In this document: one piece after another, positions 51,678 through 64,000 of the stretch | Numbering within the stretch: position 1 is the stretch's first letter | Layout: every line of letters starts with the position of its first letter | NCBI GenBank assembly: GCA_001179505.1 | Contig: CDMY01000209.1 | Coordinates: 102,705 to 166,704, forward strand | Source of the DNA: Vitrella brassicaformis CCMP3155 | Taxonomy: Eukaryota; Protista; Chromerida | Direction of reading: 5' to 3' | Length of the DNA stretch: 64,000 bases | Position numbers and translations under genes: made by a program | Notes under the pieces: generated by a model | Seen by the model: only the letters and a program-made list of their open reading frames with translations | Databases searched by the model: none | Told to the model about the DNA's origin: nothing

Positions 51678-54600
51678 ATGTTGGGGTTCCTCCACGGCCG
51701 GCGGACACCCCATCTGCAGGGCCAGGAGGGCGGCAGAGGGAGAGACGGCCACAGCCGCCCCAGTGGTGTTGAGGAGGTGTGCTACATCCAGCTGCCGCGA
51801 GTCGACGAGGGCGACGCTGCCGCACAGCAGGCCATCCACCACACACAGACGGGCCATCCCAAGGTCACCTTGCAATGCTCTTAGTGCATCTCTGCGTGTG
51901 TGGCCATCGGCCTCTGATGTCTGTGTCCCTCCCTCCCTCAACGCATTGCAGATGTCAGCGTCGGCCTCGAGTGACCAGGTCCCTCTGCTGCAGGGCGATG
52001 AACAGGGGCTGATTGAGCCCCAGCTGCCGGACGTCACTGATGGCATCACCAAGGCACCGAAACGCCTCGAGCAGGTCTGTTGGTGATGCGGACACTGTCA
52101 GCGGCACGAGCACGCACTCTGAGAGGTCTCTTGGGCGTCTGTGTGTCATCTGCAGGTTCCCTTGGTGGGTGCCCCGGCCGCCGACGATTGGGAGCCGACG
52201 AAAACCCTCAGAGACACCATCAGGAGTGCCATCTATGCATCAGATGCGGAGGGCCTGCGGAGCGCCCTCTTTCATCTGTCGCCTGAGCAAGCCGAGAAAG
52301 TGCTGACGACTGATAAGTGGGACTATGAATCTGCCATCCACTATGCCGCAGGTATGCATCGTCGCATCACTACACACACATGATGCAGCTATGCGGCCCC
52401 TGTGTGTGCTTCTCAGAAAGGTGTAAGGACGTGGCTGTGCTTGAGGTCTTGCTGGACAACCGACGCCACCTGCTCGACCTGAAAGATAAGGTATCGTGCT
52501 TGCTGATAACAGTCATTATGCCCATTTACCGGCCGATGTGTCCACTCAAATCTTCATGGTGTGTCTGTAGCATGGCCGCACGCCTCTTCATCTGGCAGCA
52601 GGGAGCGGATCAGTTGCTGTTGTGAAGTTTGTCGAGTGGGGCGGAAAGGAACTGCTGGAAGCTCGGAGCTTGGTAAGGACGATGGAATCTCGACTGGTGA
52701 ATTGGACAGCAAGAGTCTTCTCGTTCATGCTGTGATTCAGAATGGCTGGACACCTCTTCATTGGGCAGCATGTCAGTCACTCCTGCCAACGACAACCACA
52801 CAAGTGCATGAGTCTTCAATGTGTCTCTTTGCGCTCTCCTGCAGGGAACGGCAAGGCCGATGTGTTGTGTTGGGTGTTGACGGTGAATCAAGAGCTCCTG
52901 AAGATCAAAGACGATGTAGGCTGCACTGCACCTATCGACTTGCGTATCGATATTGTCTGTGGTCATTACTCCGCAAGATCGGACGGACGCTCATCGATAT
53001 TGCCCTTGCCAAACCTTCGTCAGTCGTCATAGCGATTGTTGTTCTTGGTGAAGACGTCATGGAGGTGCTCAAGCGAGGCGTGAAAGTAGCAGATGCGGCG
53101 GCGGAGAACCTCAAAGAGGTGATGCCCTTCGCGAAAGGGTTCCTGAAAGACCGCTCTGAGTCGCTGGGCCTCGACGGCCTTCGCTGCTGTGCCGTCTTCC
53201 GCAAACTGACGAAATTGCGCCCGAAGGACTCCCTCACAGATGACCTTGAGAATATTTCCAACTGGCACGAGGTAAAGAACAACGGACACACAGAGCACAG
53301 CAGTTCTCACTTCTGCATTATTGGCCAATCGGTTCAGGCCCTCACAGCCAATTTCTGCAGCGATACACCAAATTGGGTCTTTGAAGGGTCACTTGCAGGC
53401 AAGGAGAGAGAATGCTTTGCGGCGCTGGAGTCCGCAGAGCCCCTCTCTGTCGTCACCCAAGGTAAGCCGCACAAGCGATCTCCTCGTTTCTCTGTCGGTC
53501 CGCTGATGTCTCCTTCCCCCTTCTGCTTCGAATGATTGCGATAGCCAAATGCACATCTCTCGTCACACAGCATTGGAAGCAGGAATACAAAGACTGGAGG
53601 CTTCAGCTTGCACCCCGAGATGTCTTCATCAGCCGCGTGCTGTCAATGCTGCTCATGTAGAGCTGCAGACACGCACCAAGATGGAGGCAGAGAGAAGCAT
53701 CTCTATCTGTCTGTGTGTCTTGCAGGGTGGCCTTTGTGCTGCTGCGCATCGAGTCGATCAAGGGAGACAGCGATGTGATGATGGCGGGGGTGTGGCCGTC
53801 GGTGTGGCTGTGGGGGGCAGTGCTGACGGGCATTGGATTCATCGTCGTGGAGGCCTTCCAAGTAAGACAGATCAGAGGAGACACGCCTGACTGATCAACA
53901 ACAACATGCATCATCCTCTCTGAGTGTGCAGGGCATTCGCCTCAAGGCGGCCTACTGGGCCGACTCATGGTGCGCGTCAGGCTTCGTGTTGGCGGCTCCA
54001 TTTGTGTGCTGTCGGTGTGTCGATGAAGGAGCTGGGTGGATGCTGGAAGTTCGCTGGCCATCATCGCCTTCATTGCCATACACTTCACTGAGTGGTCGGA
54101 GGAGGCGGAGGTTAGCTCAGGGATCGTCATAGCGCTGCTCTTTGCGCTGCGGCTCCTGCAAACGGCCAGCCTTCACCCAGCCGTGGGACCACTCATACTG
54201 TCAGTGAGAGAGACAAAGACACACAGAGAGAGAGGTGTCTCATGCTGTTTGTGATGGGTGTGTGTGTCAGTGCGGTTGTGAGGATGTTTTCGGACATCAG
54301 CATGTTTCTGTGTCTGTACGTCTACATCCTGCTGGTCTTCGCGGTCGTCTTCACCCTCCTCTCGTCCGACGAAGACCCCCAGTACTTCGGCTCCTTCGCC
54401 AAAGCCATGCTCACACTGCACTCGATGACACCGACACACAGACAGAGAGCGCCAGTCGATAAGCATGCTGTTGGCTGGCTGCATTGCATTAGTTTCTACG
54501 GGGGTCTTGGCAAGTTCAACGAGGCGCTGAACAACGCCATCGAGAGCCACGACACGCTGGGGACCGTCCTGCTGTTCACATATGTCATCCTCTCGTCCAT

Positions 54601-55842
54601 CATACTCGTACGCGAGGCTCAGCAACACATATCATGCACTCAGCACCTGGGACGAGCCACACACACACAAGGATTCCCTTTGTTGTCTCTCTCTCTGCCC
54701 GCGTCGATAGCTCAACCTGCTCATCGCTATCATGGTGAGACAGACACGAGGGACAGCGACCGTGCCATATGACTGATCAATGCTCCTGTGTGTGTGTCTC
54801 TCTCTATGTCAGGCGTCCACATATGCGGCCATCGAGCAGACACAAACAGCTCAATATCAGTCAGCAGACGACTGACAAGGGACAGCGGCACATAATATAA
54901 GGTTTCTCTCGCCTCTGAGTGCAGGCTGCTGCGCGTTCGCGTATTGAATGAGTACCTCACAATGCCGCACCACGAGCGCCTCCCGCCGCCATTCAACCTC
55001 ATCGGTCGGTGCGACCGACAAGAGACATCAACTGCATCCATCACATGTGAGCATCTGTGTGTGTGCAGCTGTGGTCGTGTCGGTGCCCCTGCGCTATGTC
55101 GCCTCCCTCATCAGCGGACGGCAGTCGGCACTCTGCCGCATTGCCTTCTGGTCGATGAAGGCCCTGTACTCCACCATCGATGCCCTCCCGTTTGCCGTCG
55201 CCTTCACTCCAATTGCCATCTACCGAAAGCTGGAGAAGCTTCAACAACTGATACGGAACGCGATACAGCGGCGACAGTACTGGACGCAGGATGGGTGGAA
55301 GACAGTCCAGATCTGGGACGCATTCAAAATACTCGGTGTCATCCTCGTGATGCCCCTATATCTCCTCTACCATTACGTCACAGCAAAGGTGACAGACTCA
55401 CCGAGAGTTCCAAATGGCCTATCCCATCCAGCAATGGAATCTGTATGTGGTGCCAAAGGAATTGTCCGAGGACACTGAGGAGAAGAAAGCCGATAAGAGG
55501 CGTTCCGCACGGAACAGATACAAAGACAGCATCGACAAGTGGATGGAGGCCGCGGATTATCACGACACGACATCTCCGGACATCATGACAGGTGAGACAC
55601 AGCCCCACCACACACGTGGAGCTGTCACAGGCTCATCACGGCAGATGTGAGCACTGTTTACTGAATGTTCTGCAGCCCTCAAGCTCAACCAATCCGAAGT
55701 GCTGTCAGGTAATAAACAACCAATCTGAAGTGCCTTCGTTTTGTTTTGCATTTCAGTCTTGAAGAGGGTTGACGAGCGACAAACCGAAATGCAGAAAGAA
55801 GTCAACGAGCGGTTGACGAAGATGGAAGCAAAGATCAAGTAG
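51678..55842 (+). CDS. Ankyrin-repeat TRP-family cation channel, paralog 2 (inverted relative to paralog 1)
   Basis: Ankyrin motifs ESAIHYAA, HGRTPLHLAA, NGWTPLHWAA, IGRTLIDIA; S4-S6 nearly identical to paralog 1; pore LFYGGLGKF; LPPPFNLI; ...RLTKMEAKIK*. Confidence 0.88.
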
Positions 55843-56328
55843 AAGTGAGACAACAGTTGTATAGCTCTCGATTGGATGAAAGACATCAAAGTGCGATGCA
55901 TGGCCATACATGCACGGAGACATGGAGCTGATTGACTAAGACTGTCTTTCTGTGTGTGTGTTTTTTTTGTTTGCTTTTTTTGCGGACGCGGTTGACGTAC
56001 TATGATAGTTACACGGGCAGCTTGCCCGAAGTGGTTCTCAACGTCAAGCGATTTCTTACCCTTCCGAAGGCAAACAGGAAGATGAGAGTGCTGAGGTGAG
56101 CAGCACACAAGACAGAAAACGGGCGCCTGCAAGACTCGACAGATTCTGGCATCTTCTCTCTGTTCCTTACAGCAGGCCCTTGACGACGGCATCTGTCTCA
56201 TTGAGGCACACAACGTGCTCACGCAGCAGCCCCAGCGGCGGACCGATCTGGCGCTGATGCCCGAGAGCCCATCTTGACAGCCCCTGATTTCTCCGAGAGG
56301 CTCTCGAGGGCAGTCAGATCAGATCACG

Positions 56329-59249
56329 ATGGGCTCCAAGATGATGACCGCTTCCGTGTTCATCTTCCCCGGGATCCTCATCTGCCTGGCGCTGCTGTCC
56401 CTCCTTGGCTGGCAAGAAGACCCTCGCTCCTTCACGATTGACCACGACAACAACGTCTTCCTGCTCGACGGGGAGCCGTTCAGATATGCTGCGGGAGAGG
56501 TGCTGTACAGCCGCATACCGCACACCCACTGGCGGCCTCTGCTGAAGCTCATGCACGACGGGGGGCTGAACGCCGTATCGATGTACGTTCCCTGGAGCTT
56601 CCACGAGATACGGCCGGGCGAGTACGACTTCGCCACTGGTGACCGTGACATAGTGCGGTTCATCGAGACTGCTGCCGATGAGGGGCTGTTCGTGCTGCTG
56701 CGCCCTGGCCCTTATATCTGTGCTGAATGGTGCGGTGTGCACACACACGTCCACATGCGCGTGCTTGCATGTGTCCATCCATGTGTGTCATACTTACACG
56801 TGTGCAGGGACCTGGGCGGGCTGCCCACGCGGCTGCTGGCAACGGACATGGAGATCCGCACATCGGATGAGCGGTACATGGCCGAGGTGCGCAGGTGGTT
56901 TGGCGCCCTGATGCCCCTGATGAAGCCCCTGCTGTACGCCAACGGCGGGCCGATCATCATGGTGCAGGTGGAGAACGAGTACGGGAGCTACCCTGCGTGT
57001 GACAAGGGGTACATGAGCGCCATGGAACAGATGCTCAGGTGAGGATGAAACATGTGACACACGTAAGGAAGAGGGAGAGAGACAATGCATCTGTGTGCTC
57101 TGGGTCCGTGTCCAGGGGGTACCTTGGTGACGATGTGGTGTATTACACGACAGACGTCCCTGACGAGCGGAACCTGGAGTGTGGATCGACCAACACCTCA
57201 TTCACCACAAGTTAGCGACCTCACAGCAGACATGACTTCGTTCCAACCTCTCCCTCCCCGTTTGTTGTTCAGTTGACTTTGGTCCGTCCAGGATGGAAGA
57301 TCTTGATGAGATGCATCGGCTGTGGCGGGAGTTTCAGCCCACTGGGCCTTTTGTCAACTCAGAGTTGTACTCAGGTGCGTGTGTGCTGATAGGAGGAGCC
57401 GTGATACAACAGCGCACTCTGTCTGGATGTCTGTGTGTGGCTGTCTGTGTGTACGACAGGCTGGTTCGACCACTGGGGTGAAGAGCATCACACTGTCAAA
57501 TCGGAAGTGAGTCAGCGAACCCATGCACACATCGAACAAAGCATTTATTGCTCGCTCTTTCTTTCTTTGTCGACTCACAGGACCTGCTGTCCATCTTCAA
57601 GACCATATGGGGTGACGACTACGATGCGTCAGTGAGCTTTTACATGTATCACGGCGGCAGCAACTACCTCTGGAACGGCGCCAACATCGACAACGGCACG
57701 TACAAGCCCACCACCACTTCCTACGACTATAACGCACCCATCGACCAAGCTGGTGGGCACTCGCTGACAATCGCCATTCGGTATTGCGCGAATATCTGTA
57801 TGTGTCTGCAGGTCGACCCACCGATAAGTGGTTCTTGCTGCAGGAGGTGCTGGTGCCTGAGGATCAGCGGGTGACCCCGACCTGGCCCAAGACTGCCGAG
57901 TACGGCAATGTGGAGTTCGATCAAGTGGCTTACCTCACTGACGCAATGTGAGTGACCGACACGAGCTACCTGAAGTGTCCATCCATCCATGTATCCTTTC
58001 TCCCCCTTCAGAGCGAACTCCACTGGCATTTCGTCGATCAAGATGGCGGAGCCCCTGTCCCTGGAGTCGGCCGTCAGCGACCTGGGCATCCCCTCACCCG
58101 GCCACCCCATCACCCTCGTCGCATACACACACACTCTGGCCACCAGCACTCTCAACAGGGGCAACGGCACAGAGGGAGGCGTTGGTGTGCTGAGCCTGTG
58201 TGGCGTGCATGATCTGGCTGTCATCTACCTGGATTGGCAGCTGCAGGTACGTGTGACGGCGTGCAGTACTGTGTCTGTAGGTGAGTGTGGCGCGTTGTGG
58301 GCTGTGTGTGCAGGGCACTGTGAGTCGTGTGATGGAGATGAGCATGGGCAACTCTTCTGCAGCGGCGGAAGGCGCTGCAGCTGCTGGATGTGATGATGTT
58401 GATGCAGGGACAGACAGCGCATCCATCAGCATCACCTTCCCACCAGACCAGGTACACAACGCAGGCAGCCCACAACCGAATGGCGACATTCCCATGTGCA
58501 CGGCCAGGCCGCCTCGCATCACGAGCTGCTGATCATCGTCGAGAGCCTGGGCCACATCAACTACGTCGGGTGGAAGAACCTACCGCGACATGGGCCAAAC
58601 CCCATGACACTGGACAAGAAAGGTAAGACACATACAACACACCGCACTCGCCATGTCACACGCCCACTTGTTTGTTGCTGTTTCTCTCTCTTTCTCCCCC
58701 TCCCATGCAGGCCTGACATCGTCGGTGCTGCTCGACGGACATCTTCTCACTGGCTGGACCACACAACCCATCCCCCTTTCAGCTGACTTCATCTCCTCGC
58801 TCCCCTTCACACCTATCGCACACAAGCAGCAGCAGCAGCAGCAGCAGCAGAAGGAAGGCCGCCATTTCGCGCTTTTCCGGGGCACGATCGACATGCCGGC
58901 ACAGTATGCGGGTCAGGAGGAGCTGCCCGACACCTTCCTTGATGTGGGCGAGCGCAATGGCTGGCGCAAGGGCATGGCATTCGTCAACGGCTTCAACGTC
59001 GGCAGATACTGGCCTCAGGTGAGAGCCACCCAAAGCCTCGTTCGAGCGTGGAGCCTTCACCCATTGCCGTATGTGTGTTTGTCGTGTGTGCAGGTGGGTC
59101 CCCAGGAGCGTCTGTTCGTGCCGGGGAGTGTGTTGCGTGCAGGCGAGCCCAACGAGGTGGTCCTGCTCGACACCGACGGACCGCAGACGGCCGGCGGCTC
59201 CCTCAACGCCCCGCTCGTGGCAGACCCTGATCAGTCATACTTTTCCTGA
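56329..59249 (+). CDS. GLB1: Beta-galactosidase, glycoside hydrolase family 35 (GLB1-like), with signal peptide
   Basis: [62 protein letters not shown] (acid/base Glu), [14 protein letters not shown] (nucleophile Glu), [44 protein letters not shown]. Confidence 0.95.
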
Positions 59250-60238
59250 GCTATCCATGCGTGTGTGAGCGGTTGGTGTCCATCCATCCCCGTTTTTCGG
59301 TGGAAGAAGGATGGCTGCATGCATGTACCCATGTGTCTTCACGTTTTTGGCGTCGTCCTTCTGGATAGCCGCATGGCGCTGTGTCTGTATGAGTCTACCC
59401 GTGGTCAGTCGATTGACAGACATGCAGGGAGACAGGGAGGGAGACAGGGAGGGAGGGAGGGGGGGACAGGGCGTATATAGCACAGCCAGCTTGACGTGCC
59501 GCTGTGGCGTTGTGTTGATATGCTGTGCTATGTAGGTGGATTTGTACAAATGTGCATCCCTGTCTGTCTGTAGGTCTGTGGGTGGGTGTTCAAACGTTTT
59601 TTGGTCTTGTGGGGGAGAGAGACCTCATCTGTTGATATTGGTAACGAGCTCACTCTGAAGGTCATGCAATTGTCGGTTTGTCAAGGCCTTCGCGCCTTCA
59701 TGCACTCTCCTGTCTCGCTCTCTCTCGCACCAGCCATGCACACATGCACATTCACCGACACGCACGGAATCATGGCACGTAAATCGCATTGCTGGATGGA
59801 TGGATGGGTACGTGGTGGACACGATTCGGTTCCCAAAAAAAGGAGAAGAGTACAGTCATGCACACCCATACACGCATACACGCATCAAGTGACTACAAAA
59901 GACTTCGATTGTGGCCTGGCCTGTCCTGCCCACGACCTACCAATCGATTCACGCTACACGGCTCGGCTAGCTCAAAGTAACTAGAAAAGAGAAAGGAAGA
60001 AGAACCTGCTGTGCCGTGCTGTGTTCTGCTCTGCCCCAAAAACACCAACTTCCTTCTCCACCCCTCCACCAGCACCGAGCACCAAGAGTGGAAACGACAC
60101 CACACAAAACCACTCTCTCTCACCCTCACATTCGCACCCCCTCCACAGCCCGTGCTCGACGCGTGCACCGTGCTCCCCCGTGTGTTGTGTATGCAGTATG
60201 CATGTCGGTACGTATGTGTCGGTCGGTCGGTCACTGGC

Positions 60239-62303
60239 TCACTCGGTAAGCGAGAATCGCTGCCCGAGGTCGATCTCCACGGTGCTGGACAGCTCAGGCA
60301 CCTGCGAGAACCCGCGATGATTCAGCTTCTTACGCATGTTGTCCTGCGAACACACACACAATCACGCAAAGGACCATCACATCCGCATCCTGTTGGTCGC
60401 TTTCTCGTCTGTAGCGCACCAGCACTTCGATCCAGGTCTGCTCAGGTTTCTCGTGGAGGCAGCTAATCATGGCGTTGGTGCACGCCCCGCCAGCACCGCC
60501 AGGGCCGCACTCAGCTGGCAACTGCATACAACACACACGCGCTCGGATCGCATCTGTCAGTGTCCATCTTTGCTTGTGTGGATCTGTACCTGGAAGACGC
60601 CCGACACGTCGCCCACATCGGCCGAGGTCTGCTTGTCCTTGCAGCCGCTGAACATGATCACCTGCACACACGCGACACGCACACATGACTCCCGCATGTG
60701 GTTTCTGTGTCCTGTGTCCCTGTGCTGTGCTGCGCGCGCTGACTGGCCTACCTCTGCGAGAGAGTTCTTGGTGCCCTCTCGGTAGAACTTGGCCTCCTCA
60801 GGTTCGCCGTCGTCGCCACCGTTGGCAGCGCTGGCAGCTTCCTCCGCCTCTCGAGCCTTGAAGTCCTGCAAATCACACACAGAGATACGTATCCGAGGCA
60901 CGTGAGGTTGCTGCGTGTTAAATACCCTGTATTTCTGGTAGATCTGGAGGCCCATCGCTCCACCCTGCATCAGCAGATCTGACCAAGACACATACAGACG
61001 TAGGCAGACAGGCACGTTGACAGACGCAAAGGAGCAGCGTCGGCAATGGGTGCGTGCGTGTGTGTGTACTTTGGAAGTTCTTGGTGTCCCATTTGGTGTT
61101 GAGTATCATCTGGGGGATCCCCTCCCACCAGTTCTTGCAGTTCTCCTCAGTCGCCTGCATGGGTGCCAACACGCCATCCATCCATCAATCCATCCATCCA
61201 TCCCACCGCACGGACGAAGCGTGGATATGTGCGTCTTCTTGCCTTGAAGAGGTATGGGAGGTCGCATGCGGTCCCGCTGTGGCAGCAGTCTAGGATGATG
61301 GTGAGGCGGCAGCCCTTGGGCAAGGGCTTCACCAGGTACTCGTACACCTTGTCGTCAACTATCATGCCATGCTGCCAAGCGCCAGGCAGCAAAAGAGAGA
61401 CAGACGAATTCATGTGCACACTATCTGTGTGGCTGTGAGTGTGGTCTCGCGCGCCCACTGTACCTCTTTGAAGTCCACAGGAATGAGGGTCTCGTCGTAG
61501 CCATCCTTCTCGTCGCCATCCTGATACGAACGACACACGCGGATGCCCAGAGGCCGTGCATGTGTGTGGTGTGGTTACGGTGTCCCTCTGCTGGCCTCCG
61601 TGGCCCGAGTAGCTGAAGAACAAACAGTCGCCTGCACGCACACACACGACCATCAGTGACATATCTGTGTGTCTGCATGTGCTCTCACCGTCCGCAGCGC
61701 CAGCCACAAGCCACTGGAAAGCTGCACGAAGGAAAAACACCACACACTGTTGTCTGTCTGTCTGTCTGTCTGCTTATGTGTGTCAGAACCGACCTTTGAG
61801 TATGTTGTGGTGTGTGGGTTTGTTGGCGCCCTCCTGGTCGTCCGTCAGCACCAGCTGATGGTCATCATCTTGGGGGAAGCCATACTCGTCCAGCCAGTTC
61901 TTGACGGTGTGCACGTCATTGATGCAGCCATTCAGCTCGCCTTTCTGCACCACAACGCCAGCAGACACATCAACTGCACTGCATTTCACAGAGGAGTATG
62001 TGGCTCCCCTGCCTGTCCGAAGTAGTTGATGCCGATGAGAAGGGACTTCTTCTTGCCGTTGAGGGGCTTGGGCTGGTAGGTGCGCTTGGGCGGCGGCTCG
62101 TCGCGCTCCGCCATCTCATTGAAGATGGAACCCGCCACGCGCCCTGCCAGCTGACCTGCACACACACACACGCACACTCGCTCCTGTCGTGTTTCTTCTG
62201 CTCTTCTTCTCGCTCTCGCCACGTGCATCTATCAGCTGGTGCATCTACCTGCTTCAGGCCCCGCGATTTCGGTGGCGAGCTGCTTGAACACTGCACCAAA
62301 CAT
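60239..62303 (-). CDS. MCA: Type I metacaspase
   Basis: KKSLLIGINY, LNGCINDV, FFSYSGHGG (catalytic His), DGDEKDGYDETLIPVDF, LTIILDCCHSGTACDLPY (catalytic Cys), VIMFSGCKDKQTSADV, GGACTNAM, SQVPELSST. Confidence 0.95.
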
Positions 62304-62606
62304 CCTTGTTGACCGTGTAGATCAACGCTCAGGGGAGGACCAGGTCTGAGCCACCTCGCAGAGACCTACAAAACTTTGGCACACCTTCGTTTCTCCTCAG
62401 CAGCGGTTTCACGGAGCACCCTAGCGGCCAAATTTGTAGTGCGAGCTCTGCCGGAGCACAGCGGAGAGGCAAGCATCAGTAGGGGACCACTGGTGAGCAC
62501 ACAATCACAGATCTTCCGAAAAAACGATTGCAAAAGATGATGATGATGATGATGAACCTGACTTCCCTGTGTGTGAGTTGTGTGTGCTGTTTGTTGTCTG
62601 CAGAGG

Positions 62607-63348
62607 ATGGCGTCAGGTGGCCGCAGGCTGGTCGGCCTCACTGTGTGGGGCGACGGGAAGGTCTACGAGTCCCTTGACAGGCCGGGGGAGCTGTCCTTCG
62701 ACGTCATCGGCGGGGGCCCCGACGGCCGGCCGATGGAGGTGCTGCTGGGCGACGATGACAAAGGGGTCCGCTTCTTCGACCTGAGCACCGACCCTCCTAA
62801 GCTTCTGCCCATCGGAGAGAGGCCACGAGACCGGTGAGAAGCAAACTCTGTCAACTCACACCTTCGCTGTGGATGGCCTGTGTGTGTGTTTGTCAGGGTC
62901 GGCAATGAGCTGGTCGTCGGCAAGACGCGCCTGGCGGGTCAGTTCTACACCAAGGAGGGCGGGTGCACCATCGTCCAGGTACGCAGCAGGATGACAGCCG
63001 ACATGACTGACTGACATGCCCTGCACTCGGACGGGTCTCATTTCCCTGGCTCAGATGTCGAAGGAGGAGTTCATGGACGACCGCCGGTGGCGCCAGTCCT
63101 TCACGGACGAGCAGTGGGAGAGGTTCTGTGCAGCGGTGAGCAGTCGTACGGTCTCACTGAGCTTTGCCGTATGCACACCTTCTCTCTCCCTCCCTCCCTC
63201 GTGTGTGTGTGTGTGTGTGCGTGTGACACAGAAGGAGGAGAAGAGAGAGAACTTGAAGAAATCCCAGAAGGTCGATCAGGAGTTTGCCGAGCTGATTGCC
63301 AAAAAGATCGCCGAGGCCAAGAGTCGCAACCCCGCCAGCAGCCCTTAG
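62607..63348 (+). CDS. Hypothetical small protein (4 exons, C-terminal coiled coil)
   Basis: Exons splice in frame: MASGGRRLVGLTVWGDGKVYESL...RDRVGNELVVGKTRL...CTIVQMSKEEFMDDRRW...CAAKEEKRENLKKSQ...NPASSP*; strongly GC3-biased codons. Confidence 0.7.
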
Positions 63349-64000
63349 TATTGGGGGCTTTGTGCAGTCAGCGGGTCAGCGGCAGACACACGTGGCGACT
63401 TCGATTCATCATCAATGTGTGGTTTGTACGATCGATGAGACCCCGCGACCACACACGGTGCCTCTCCCTCCCCTCGATAGGTCAAGGTAGATAGCAGCCA
63501 GATGCGTGCAGGCATCTGCGTGATTGAGGGAGGGAGGGAGGGGGGCGGGTGGATGTGTAGATATGTGGACGGCTGTGTGCATGCGGATGCGCGTGTGAGT
63601 GTGTGTTGTTCATCGATGTCTGGTTGGCTGACTAACCGACTCACTTACTGACTGACTGTGGTTGCCCTGCAGCGTTCCGTTCGTCAACCATGTGTGCTGC
63701 ATGTCAGTGACGTGAAGCCACGTCAGTGAAGCCGACGGCCGTGGCCCTCGCCATCTTGTGCCGCTTGCATGCGCATCTCACTGCGAATACAGCTGCAGCT
63801 TGGTTGGTTGGAGGATCTTGGCGTGGTCATCGGGATGCACGTCGAGCAGATCTCCAATGGAGATTTCCATCCACAGCCTTGCCTCAAGGTGAATGTGCCA
63901 ACGCGCTGTGTCCCAATTGTGCGAAAAGGCCGGTGAGGACCTTTCCTGTAGTCAGCTGAATAGAGGATCTGCTGGGCGGTAAGTCCCAGAGTAAGAGTGC

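Noticed and set aside
56040-56280. ORF fragments between TRP2 and the beta-galactosidase
   Set aside because: Short, with no recognisable motif; could be 5' UTR exons
32667-62303. Two clan CD cysteine proteases (clostripain and metacaspase) in one window as a linked death or processing module
   Set aside because: They are 20 kb apart with different predicted compartments; co-occurrence is plausibly chance

Overview
This is an intron-rich, GC-rich eukaryotic window. Short GT-AG introns full of (TG)n/(CTGT)n/(CTGC)n microsatellites and the gene families present suggest a chromerid alveolate, most likely Vitrella brassicaformis (inferred, not database-checked). I hand-spliced about 15 genes. 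They are two paralogous signal-peptide plus multi-pass receptor-like genes (one with a PAN/apple domain), GFAT, a membrane pyrophosphatase, a possible secreted hypothetical, an HPt-domain gene, two inverted ankyrin-TRP channel paralogs, a GT64 glycosyltransferase, an internally duplicated clostripain (C11) gene, a PUF protein, a disordered hypothetical, a Vitrella-type expanded-family gene, a GH35 beta-galactosidase, a metacaspase and a small hypothetical. There are two 300-N gaps and no rRNA, tRNA, CRISPR or recognisable transposase. Five observations stand out. (1) The pyrophosphatase has the residue combination of prokaryotic Na+-pumping PPases (K+-dependent GNTTAATGK plus DLFES) rather than the plant/apicomplexan H+-pump pattern. 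(2) The HPt protein has Tyr in place of the phospho-accepting His. (3) GFAT has a 95-aa bipartite, mitochondrial-like leader that must be cut exactly at the catalytic Cys. (4) The clostripain gene reads as one two-protease polyprotein, with one frameshift and one TGG>TAG lesion. (5) The two TRP paralogs differ by an exact intron, one ankyrin exon and a pore charge reversal. Gene models were spliced by eye, so boundaries may be off by a few bases and no searches were run.
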